Positions 15,425 to 22,901 of a stretch of 64,000 nt of DNA are shown here, piece by piece (position 1 is the stretch's first letter; every line of letters starts with the position of its first letter). A program made the position numbers and the translations under genes. This DNA comes from Thermoanaerobaculia bacterium (GTDB taxonomy: Bacteria > Acidobacteriota > Thermoanaerobaculia > Multivoradales > UBA5704): contig DASPXX010000345.1 of assembly GCA_035637095.1 (NCBI GenBank), forward strand, positions 1,660 through 65,659, written 5' to 3'. The notes under the pieces are model-generated. The model worked only from the letters and a program-made list of their open reading frames with translations. It had not been told where the DNA came from and made no database searches.

Positions 15425-15568
15425 ATGGAAAACGTTCTCGCCCTCCAGAGCCTGACGTCGATCGCCGATCCCCTCGACGACGAGATGTGCTGGTCGACCT
15501 GCAGCTCCAGCGACTGCAGCTCCTCGTCGGTGTTCGTTCCGGACGCCGGCTGCATCGACAACGGCTAA
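15425..15568 (+). CDS. Class III lanthipeptide precursor A2 (47 aa)
   Basis: This is the C-terminal part of ORF 15350..15568, and an AAGGAG SD precedes ATG 15425. Product: MENVLALQSLTSIADPLDDEMCWSTCSSSDCSSSSVFVPDAGCIDNG. It differs from A1 by V13I, G30D and V44I. Confidence 0.8.
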   Translation: MENVLALQSLTSIADPLDDEMCWSTCSSSDCSSSSVFVPDAGCIDNG

Positions 15569-15578
15569 ATCGCTTGCC

Positions 15579-15617
15579 AGGAGAGCGGCTGGCTGGCTGC
15601 CGCTCTCCTGCTTTTTC
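15579..15617 (+). terminator. Stem-loop plus T-tract after precursor A2 (attenuator or leaky terminator)
   Basis: AGGAGAGCGGC, loop tggctggct, GCCGCTCTCCT, then GCTTTTTCC. Confidence 0.5.
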
Positions 15618-15639
15618 CTTGAGGAGGACGGAGCGCACC

Positions 15640-17301
15640 ATGGATCGCACAGAACAATTCACGGACTCCCTGGCCGGCGCGTTGCTGTTCGACGGCGAGA
15701 TTCGCGACAGAGAGCTGCAGAAATCCATGCGCAAGGAGGTGCGCGTCCAAGGCTTCGACGTCTTTCTCGCCGGGTTTGCCAAGGCGCTCCTGGCCCACAG
15801 CCGTCTCGGGCCCGTGCACGTGACCCGGGAAGCGGCCACCTCGTTCCTGCGCGCTGCGCCGCCCTGGCTTCAGGAGCATGCGGGGCGCCTCTCCATGGTG
15901 TCCGCGAACGATCCGTCGGAGCTCGCGTCGATCGCGCGGCTGGTCCTCCTGTCGGTCGGTCCGGAGATGATCCAGCTCGCCTGGCTCCGCTCGCGGCTGC
16001 ACCGGCCCGACTGGCCGATCACCGCGATTCTTCATTCCCTGTCTCCCGCGCCCCGGATCCGCTATTTCTTCACCAGCGCGCTCCTCCCTATGCTCGGCCG
16101 GCACGATGCGTTCGTCTGCCCCAGCCGCGCGGCGAAGAAGGCGCTCGAAAACCTGTTCTTCTCGGTTCCCGAGGAGATCCGCTCCTGCTCCACCATTCCG
16201 TTCGAAATGCCGGTCATCCCGTTCGGGATCGATTTCCACGAGCATGCATCGATCGGCAAGGAGGAGGCCCGCCGCACCCACGGCATCCCCTCGTCGGCGG
16301 TGGTCTTCCTGTGCTTCGGCCGGCTGGCGATGGACAAATGCGATCTGCTCCCCTTGATGATCGCGTTTTCCCAGCTTCCCAAGGACTCGGGCGCCGTCCT
16401 TCTGATGGCCGGGGATGATACGCAGCTCAGGATGGGCTCTCCACTCCTGGGGCTCGCCCGGGAGCTCGGCTGCGGCGACCGCGTGCAGATCCTGACCGAC
16501 GTGAGTCGGACGGCGAAGCTGGAGATCTTCGCCGCGGCCGACGTCTTCGTCTCTCCCACGGAGAACACCCAGGAATCCTTCAGCATGACTCTCGCCGAGG
16601 CCATGGCGAGCGGCCTGCCCGTCGTGACCTCGGATTGGGGCGCGCACGGCGAGCTCGTGGAGCACGGCGAGACGGGATTTCTGATCCCCACCTATCTGCC
16701 GCCGGTGGCGGAGCCCTGGCACATGCTCACGCTCTATTCGGGGATTCCGCAGGAAAACCTGATCTCGATGAGCACGGCCGTGGACGTGGACCACCTCCTG
16801 CACTCCCTGCAGCTTCTCCTGGCGAGCCCGGATCTCCGGGAGAGGATGGGCCGGGAGGCGAAGCGGCGCGCGGCGGAGACGCTCGACTGGCCGGTCGTGG
16901 TCGGTCAATACGATGCCCTGTGGCTCGAGCTTCTCGAGCGTGCCGGCGCCGTGCGGGCGAAGTCCGGACCTTTCGCCTGCTCGTCGTTTCAGGAGGTCTT
17001 TGCCGGGTACCCGACGCGGTCGCTCCAGGCGGAGGACAGCGTCGAGGTCAACCAGGCTCTCGGCGGCGTGGCCCGCCGGCTCCCGGGCGTCTTGGGCACG
17101 AGCCCGCACTTCGACGCCGACCTCTTCCACCAGGTCATCGCGACTCTCGAATCCGAGGGGCCGACGCGGATCGACCGGCTCGTCGAGCTGGCCGCGGCGC
17201 CCCGGCCGCGCAGCGCCACCGAGGTCGGCCGGCACATCGGCCGCCTGATCAAGTACGGAGTCCTCCGGGTTTCCGCGGGACCCCAGGAGATCGGCCGATG
17301 A
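15640..17301 (+). CDS. GT4-family glycosyltransferase with long N-terminal extension
   Basis: ORF 15487..17301 trimmed to ATG 15640 (GAGGAGGA SD). Motif: ENTQESFSMTLAEAMASGLPVVTSDWGAHGELVEHGETGFLIP. Confidence 0.75.
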   Translation: MDRTEQFTDSLAGALLFDGEIRDRELQKSMRKEVRVQGFDVFLAGFAKALLAHSRLGPVHVTREAATSFLRAAPPWLQEHAGRLSMVSANDPSELASIARLVLLSVGPEMIQLAWLRSRLHRPDWPITAILHSLSPAPRIRYFFTSALLPMLGRHDAFVCPSRAAKKALENLFFSVPEEIRSCSTIPFEMPVIPFGIDFHEHASIGKEEARRTHGIPSSAVVFLCFGRLAMDKCDLLPLMIAFSQLPKDSGAVLLMAGDDTQLRMGSPLLGLARELGCGDRVQILTDVSRTAKLEIFAAADVFVSPTENTQESFSMTLAEAMASGLPVVTSDWGAHGELVEHGETGFLIPTYLPPVAEPWHMLTLYSGIPQENLISMSTAVDVDHLLHSLQLLLASPDLRERMGREAKRRAAETLDWPVVVGQYDALWLELLERAGAVRAKSGPFACSSFQEVFAGYPTRSLQAEDSVEVNQALGGVARRLPGVLGTSPHFDADLFHQVIATLESEGPTRIDRLVELAAAPRPRSATEVGRHIGRLIKYGVLRVSAGPQEIGR

Positions 17302-18809
17302 TCCGAAAGGTTTTTCTCTGGTGCGCCTTCACGGCGCTTCTCCTCCTCCTGGCCGGCGCCGCCGCGGCCCAGGACTTGGCGTCGTTCGAGGCGCGGACGA
17401 CGCTCCACAAGCTGGCCAACGGCTGGACGTTCCTGATCGTCGAGCGGCCCACGGCGCCGGTCTTCTCCTTCGTCACGCTGGCCGACGCCGGCTCGTCGCA
17501 GGACGTCCCCGGGATCACCGGCCTGGCGCACATGTTCGAGCACATGGCGTTCAAGGGAACGACCCTCATCGGCACCAAGGACCCCGTGGGCGAGGCCAAG
17601 GCGCTCGCGGACCTCGAAGCCGCGTACCAGGCCTATCAGGCGGAGCGGCTGGCGCCGCGGCCGGACGCCGCCCGGCTGGAGGGGCTCCTTGCGGAATTCA
17701 AAACCCGGCAGGCGGAGGCGGCCGGGTACGTCGTGCCCAACGAGCTCGACTCCATCCTCACGCGCGAAGGAGCGGCGGCGATCAACGCCGTGACGGACGC
17801 GGACCGGACAATGTTTTTCTATTCGCTCCCGTCGAACAAGGTGGAGCTCTTCGCGTTCCTCGAATCCGAGCGGTTCTATCATCCGGTCTTCCGCGAGTTC
17901 TACGAGGAGCGGAAGGTGGTCCAGGAGGAGCGCCGGATGCGCTATGAGAGCCAGCCGCTCGGCCGTCTCGCCGAGCAGCTGCGGACCACGGCGTTCCAGC
18001 ACCATCCGTACGGGCAGCCGGGGATCGGCACCATGAGCGATCTCGATTCGATGACGATGACGGATGCGGAAAACTTCTTCGAGACCTATTACGCGCCATC
18101 GAACCTCTACACCGTGATCGTCGGGAACGTAGAGGCCGTCACCCTGATTCCGCTCATCGACAAGTATTTCGGCCGCATCCCCGCGCGGCCCGCGCCGCCG
18201 CCTCTGCGTGCCGTAGAGCCGCCGCAGATCGCCGAGAGGACGGTCGTTCTGGAGGATCCGGGGCAGCCGTCCTACCTGGAGGCCTACCACAGGCCGGCCC
18301 AGACGCATCCGGACCAGCCGGTCTACGACGCGATCGAGGACGTCCTCACCAATGGCCGCACGTCGCGCCTCTACCGGTCGCTGGTGCATGACAGGAAGCT
18401 CGCGGCGAACGTGCAGGCCCTTTCCGGGTTTCCCGGGAAAAAGTATCCCAACCTGTGGGGAGTGCTCGTCGTCCCGGCCGCGGGAGTGACCCATCAGCAG
18501 ATCCAGACTGCCCTGCGGGAGGAGCTCGACCGGTTGAAAACGGAGGATGTGACGGACGGCGAGCTGGCCCGGTTCAAGGCCCGCTCGAAAGAGAATCTCC
18601 TCCGCTCGTTGCGCAGCAACCAGGGCCTCGCCATCGAGCTCGCCGAGCACCAGTGCCTCGATGGCGACTGGCGCGAGCTGTTCCGCTCGATCGATCGCCT
18701 GGACCGGGTGACCAAGGCCGACATCCGGCGGGTTGCGGAGGCGACGTTCCAGGCCCCGAACCGCACGGTGGCGATGACCGTCCGGAAGGATGACAAGGAG
18801 AACCCATGA
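17298..18809 (+). CDS. M16 (pitrilysin-family) zinc peptidase, active subunit, secreted
   Basis: ATG 17298 overlaps the glycosyltransferase stop (ATGA). Signal peptide MIRKVFLWCAFTALLLLLAGAAAAQD. The HxxEH motif is HMFEH. Confidence 0.8.
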   Translation: MIRKVFLWCAFTALLLLLAGAAAAQDLASFEARTTLHKLANGWTFLIVERPTAPVFSFVTLADAGSSQDVPGITGLAHMFEHMAFKGTTLIGTKDPVGEAKALADLEAAYQAYQAERLAPRPDAARLEGLLAEFKTRQAEAAGYVVPNELDSILTREGAAAINAVTDADRTMFFYSLPSNKVELFAFLESERFYHPVFREFYEERKVVQEERRMRYESQPLGRLAEQLRTTAFQHHPYGQPGIGTMSDLDSMTMTDAENFFETYYAPSNLYTVIVGNVEAVTLIPLIDKYFGRIPARPAPPPLRAVEPPQIAERTVVLEDPGQPSYLEAYHRPAQTHPDQPVYDAIEDVLTNGRTSRLYRSLVHDRKLAANVQALSGFPGKKYPNLWGVLVVPAAGVTHQQIQTALREELDRLKTEDVTDGELARFKARSKENLLRSLRSNQGLAIELAEHQCLDGDWRELFRSIDRLDRVTKADIRRVAEATFQAPNRTVAMTVRKDDKENP

Positions 18810-20254
18810 AGAAGCTCAGGCTCGCGGCCCTCCTGCTCGCCGCCGGCTGGTCGCTCTCCGCGGCGGCGCAGGTCAGCCGCGTCGAAGACCTGCACTATCC
18901 GCCCTTGCCGCCGTTCGCGATCCCGCAACCCGAGCGCCTGGTGCTCGGGAACGGGCTGGTCGTCATGCTGCTGGAAGACCATGAGCTGCCGCTCGTCGAC
19001 GCCACGGTCCTCATCCGCACCGGCTCGCGCTTCGATCCCGCGGACCAGGCGGGATTGGCCGTTCTCGGCGCGCGAGCGATGCGCGCCGGAGGCACCGGGA
19101 GCCTGCCCGGCGACGCCTTGGACGGTTATCTCGAAAGCCGCGCGGCCGAGATCGAGATCACCGCCGAAGAGGACCTGACCCGTGCGACCGTCTCCTCGCT
19201 GGCCGCGGATTTCCCCCAGGTGTTCCGCGTCTTCGCCGACCTCCTGCGCCGGCCCGCGTTCGACGCGCCCGAGGTGGAGGTGGCGCGGACCCAGGCGATC
19301 ACCGACGTCTCCCGCCGCAACGACAACCCGGGCAAGGTCGCGCTGCGCGAGCTCCGCAGGATCGTCTACGGCGCCGACTCTCCCTATGGACGGGCGGAGA
19401 CGCCCGCGACCTTGGGCGCCATCCGGCGTGAAAATCTGATCGGCTGGCATGCCGCGGCGTTCCATCCGGACCGGATGGTCCTCGGACTGGTGGGCGACTT
19501 CCAACGCAAGGAGGCCGTGGCGCTGATCCGCCAGGTTTTCGGCGACTGGCCGCGCGGCGCCGCATGGCATCCCCAACCGGCGTCCTACCGGCAGCAGCCG
19601 GCTCCCGGCGTCTATTACGTCGAGAAGCCCGGAATCGCGCAGTCCTCGATCCAGATGGGACATCTCGGCGTCCTGGTGAGCGATCCCGACTTCTATGCCC
19701 TCGAGGTGTTGAATCAGGTTCTCTCCGGCTCGTTCTCGTCGCGGCTGTTCGCCGACGTGCGGACCCGCAAGAGCCTCGGCTATGCCGTGTGGGGCGCGGT
19801 CGACAGCGAATGGGACCATCCGGGGCTCGCCTCCCTCTACCTCTCCACCAAGGCGGAGACGACCGGCGCCGGCGTCGAGGCCCTGCTGGAGGAGGCCCGC
19901 AGCCTCACGGAGCTCCCGCCGACCGAGGAGGAGGTGAGCCGGGCCCGGCAGGGCCTCCTCAACTCCTTCGTCTTCCGTTTCGACTCCCCGCGCGAGGTGC
20001 TCGCCCGGCAGCTCCTCCTGGAGTATCACGGCTATCCTCTCGACTGGCTCTCCCGCTACCGGGCGGGGATCGAGGCAGTGACGTCCGACCAGGTCCGGCG
20101 GGCGGCCCGCCACTGGCGGCCGGACGACTTCACCATCCTGGTCGTCGGTCCGAACCAGGGACGGGACAAGCCGCTCACCGATTTCGGCACGGTGACCGTC
20201 CTGGCGGGAGCGTCCGCTCCGGCGCGCCCCGACGTCGATGCGGGGCGCCCATGA
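18806..20254 (+). CDS. M16-family peptidase, non-catalytic partner subunit, secreted
   Basis: 4-nt overlap with the upstream M16 gene. Signal peptide MKKLRLAALLLAAGWSLSAAAQ. There is no HxxEH motif. Confidence 0.75.
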   Translation: MKKLRLAALLLAAGWSLSAAAQVSRVEDLHYPPLPPFAIPQPERLVLGNGLVVMLLEDHELPLVDATVLIRTGSRFDPADQAGLAVLGARAMRAGGTGSLPGDALDGYLESRAAEIEITAEEDLTRATVSSLAADFPQVFRVFADLLRRPAFDAPEVEVARTQAITDVSRRNDNPGKVALRELRRIVYGADSPYGRAETPATLGAIRRENLIGWHAAAFHPDRMVLGLVGDFQRKEAVALIRQVFGDWPRGAAWHPQPASYRQQPAPGVYYVEKPGIAQSSIQMGHLGVLVSDPDFYALEVLNQVLSGSFSSRLFADVRTRKSLGYAVWGAVDSEWDHPGLASLYLSTKAETTGAGVEALLEEARSLTELPPTEEEVSRARQGLLNSFVFRFDSPREVLARQLLLEYHGYPLDWLSRYRAGIEAVTSDQVRRAARHWRPDDFTILVVGPNQGRDKPLTDFGTVTVLAGASAPARPDVDAGRP

Positions 20255-22158
20255 GCATTCCGATCGAAGCCAACTCCGGAGCCGCGCGCGCCGGCCTCTA
20301 CGGCGGCGTCGTCTCCTCGAAGCAGCGGCACCTCCCCCGCGATTCCGCCGGAAAGCTCAAGGTGCCGGGGAAGCTCCCGGTGATCCTCACCGACGCCTGG
20401 GAGATCGTGCGGGCGCGCAAGGGGCGCCTCGCCGTCGGCCTCCTGCTGATCCTCGTCAACCGCCTCTGCGGTCTGGTGCTCCCCGGAATGACCAAGGTTC
20501 TCCTCGACGAGGTGGTCGGACGGCACAACCGGGCCCTGCTGGTGCAGCTCGTCCTCGTCGGCGGCGGCGCGACGCTCCTCCAGGCGCTCAGCTCCTTTTC
20601 TCTCGCGCAGGTCCTCGGCAAGGCGGCGCACCGGTCGATCACCGAGATGCGCCGCACCCTGCAGCGGCACGTCGGCCGTCTGCCGGTGGGCTATTTCGAT
20701 CGCACCAAATCGGGCGTCCTCCTCGCGCGCGTGATGAACGATGCGGACGGGCTGCGCAACCTGGTGGGGACGGGCGTGGTGGAGCTGGTGGGCGGCGTCC
20801 TGACCGCGGTGCTGGCGCTCGCCATCCTCGTCTCCTTGAATGCCCGGCTGGCGGTGATCGTCATCGCCGTGCTGGCGCTCTTCGCGGCCGTCATGCAGCG
20901 GTCGTTCAAAGTGCTCAGGCCGCTCTTCCGCGAGCGTTCCCGGATCAATGCCGAGATCTCGGGCCGGCTCTCCGAGTCGTTCTCCGGCGTGCGGGTCGTC
21001 AAGGTCTACCGCGCCGAGCGGCGTGAGGCGCTCGTCTTCGCCAAGGGAGCCCACCGCCTGTTCCGCAACGTCGTCGCGACAGTCACCAGGATCTCGCTGA
21101 TCGGCGGGACGTCGACGCTGCTGCTCGGCCTCCTGGGCGTCGCGATCATGGCGATCGGGGCGAACGAGGTGCTGGCCGGCCGGATGACGCTGGGCTCGTT
21201 CTTCTCGTTCACCCTGTATCTGGGCCTCCTGGTGAACCCGGTGACGCAGATCGTCAACATCGGAGGCCAGATCAGCGAGGCGTTCGCCGGCCTGGAGCGC
21301 ATCCGCGAGATCCGCAGCGAGACGATCGAGAGCGCCGGCGAGGTCCTCCACGCGCCGCTCGACGCGGTCACCGGGCGGGTCGAGCTCCGCGACGTCTGGT
21401 TCGAATACCAGGAGCAGACGCCGGTCTTGCGCGGCATCTCGTTCACCGCCGAGCCGGGCATGTCGGTGGCGCTGGTCGGCTCCTCCGGCTCCGGCAAGAG
21501 CACGCTGATCGGATTGGTGGCCGCCTTCCACCGTGCGACCGCCGGCCAGGTCCTGGTGGATGGCAGGGACCTCGCGACGCTGCGTTTGAACGACTACCGC
21601 GCCCACCTCGGAGTCGTCTTCCAGGAGAGCTTCCTGTTCGATGGAACCGTGTTCGAAAACATTGCCTATGCGCGGCCGGATGCTTCCCGCGACGAGATCG
21701 TGGAGGCCGCCCGCATCGCCGGCTGTGACGCCTTCGTGACGAAGCTGCCGGACGGCTACGCCACGATCGTCGGCGAGCGGGGCGTCAAGCTCTCCGGCGG
21801 CGAGCGGCAGCGGGTCGCGATCGCGCGGGCGATCCTCGCGGACCCGCGGATCCTCATCCTCGACGAGGCGACCTCTTCGCTCGACAGCGAGAGCGAAGCC
21901 CTGATCCAGCGAGGCCTGGCCGAATTGATGCGCGGACGGACCACCTTCGTCATCGCCCACCGGCTGTCGACCATCCGCAACGCCGACCTGATCCTGGTGC
22001 TGGAACAGGGACAGATCGTCGAGCGCGGCCGTCACGGGGAGCTGCTCGCCCTGGGCGGCCGCTATCACGCGCTCTACACCCGGCAGTACAACCTCGAGTC
22101 GAATCTCTTCCTGAACCCCGGCGAGAAAATCGAGCGGATGTCGGTGATCGGGGCCTGA
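20251..22158 (+). CDS. ABC exporter, fused TMD-NBD (MsbA/type I exporter-like); no C39 peptidase domain
   Basis: ATG 20251 overlaps the upstream stop (ATGA). Motifs: Walker A GSSGSGKST, signature LSGGERQR, Walker B ILILDEATS, H-loop IAHRL. Confidence 0.85.
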   Translation: MSIPIEANSGAARAGLYGGVVSSKQRHLPRDSAGKLKVPGKLPVILTDAWEIVRARKGRLAVGLLLILVNRLCGLVLPGMTKVLLDEVVGRHNRALLVQLVLVGGGATLLQALSSFSLAQVLGKAAHRSITEMRRTLQRHVGRLPVGYFDRTKSGVLLARVMNDADGLRNLVGTGVVELVGGVLTAVLALAILVSLNARLAVIVIAVLALFAAVMQRSFKVLRPLFRERSRINAEISGRLSESFSGVRVVKVYRAERREALVFAKGAHRLFRNVVATVTRISLIGGTSTLLLGLLGVAIMAIGANEVLAGRMTLGSFFSFTLYLGLLVNPVTQIVNIGGQISEAFAGLERIREIRSETIESAGEVLHAPLDAVTGRVELRDVWFEYQEQTPVLRGISFTAEPGMSVALVGSSGSGKSTLIGLVAAFHRATAGQVLVDGRDLATLRLNDYRAHLGVVFQESFLFDGTVFENIAYARPDASRDEIVEAARIAGCDAFVTKLPDGYATIVGERGVKLSGGERQRVAIARAILADPRILILDEATSSLDSESEALIQRGLAELMRGRTTFVIAHRLSTIRNADLILVLEQGQIVERGRHGELLALGGRYHALYTRQYNLESNLFLNPGEKIERMSVIGA

Positions 22159-22189
22159 GGGGACCCTCACCCCCTGGGCCCCTCGGTCC

Positions 22190-22585
22190 TCAGGCGGCGG
22201 AGGTCGGCGTGCGGTCGAACTTGCGGTGGAAGGCGCGGTAGAAGGTCTGGGGGTACAGGTAGCCGACCGCCATGGCGACGTCGAAGACAGGGAACCGTTT
22301 TTCGAGCAATCGGAGGGCGGCGTTCAAGCGGAGGGTTTCGATGTATTCCTTGAGGGTGATTCCCAGGACATGCCGGAACCGGCAGGAGATGTTGTTGTCG
22401 CGGATGCGACATCGCCTCTTGATGCTCTGCACGTTGAGATCGGGATCAAAGAGGTTCGCATGGATGTGCTCCAGGACCTCCCGGATCTCGCGCGACAGGT
22501 TGCCGGGCCGGGAGACCTCCGCCAGGAAGCGGTCGAGCTCAGCTTCGATTCCGGAATGATTGAGAGCGATGCTGTTGGTTCTCAT
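22190..22585 (-). CDS. AraC-family HTH transcriptional regulator (short, DNA-binding domain only)
   Basis: ORF 22190..22804 trimmed to MRTNSIALNH... (GAGGAG SD). The HTH region reads ...ISCRFRHVLGITLKEYIETLRLNAALRLL...VGYLYPQTFYRAFHRKF. Confidence 0.7.
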   Translation of the reverse strand: MRTNSIALNHSGIEAELDRFLAEVSRPGNLSREIREVLEHIHANLFDPDLNVQSIKRRCRIRDNNISCRFRHVLGITLKEYIETLRLNAALRLLEKRFPVFDVAMAVGYLYPQTFYRAFHRKFDRTPTSAA

Positions 22586-22646
22586 CGAGCTCCTCGCGTC
22601 ATGAAAAAGCGTTCCCCGGCGGCCGGAGCCGCCGGGGAGGGACTCC

Positions 22647-22844
22647 TCAAGCTGACTCTCCTCCCGCAAACAGATTGCAGGAGTATTGGACACAGTTCGT
22701 CGACTCGTCATTGCCGCCGAGAACCTGCGCCAGAACCGAGTCCACCAGCGCCTCCAGATCCCCCGTCTGGATATCCTGCGCGCCCAGCCGGAATGCGGCT
22801 CCATTCAAACGTACGACCTGCCCAGCACACCAACTCTTTTTCAT
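22647..22844 (-). CDS. Candidate RiPP precursor with double-glycine leader (65 aa)
   Basis: GAGGA SD. Product: MKKSWCAGQVVRLNGAAFRLGAQDIQTGDLEALVDSVLAQVLGG/NDESTNCVQYSCNLFAGGESA. It starts 57 nt downstream of the radical SAM/SPASM gene on the same strand. Confidence 0.55.
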   Translation of the reverse strand: MKKSWCAGQVVRLNGAAFRLGAQDIQTGDLEALVDSVLAQVLGGNDESTNCVQYSCNLFAGGESA

Positions 22845-22901
22845 CGTCAGATCCTCACATCAAAAAACCGCCGGGCCTCCCGGCGGATCATTTCCCGGAG
22901 A

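Noticed and set aside
14781-15455. ORFs spanning the duplicated module on the + strand (14781..15455 and 35882..36874), sharing PGSSRxCFSFQRAQGIGR...LDTGCRRIVGRG.
   Set aside because: The shared peptide simply mirrors the 153-nt DNA conservation. Substitutions between copies are not biased to synonymous sites (about 4 synonymous against 6 non-synonymous changed codons by my count). The composition is implausible, there is no SD, and the repeat part differs completely between copies.
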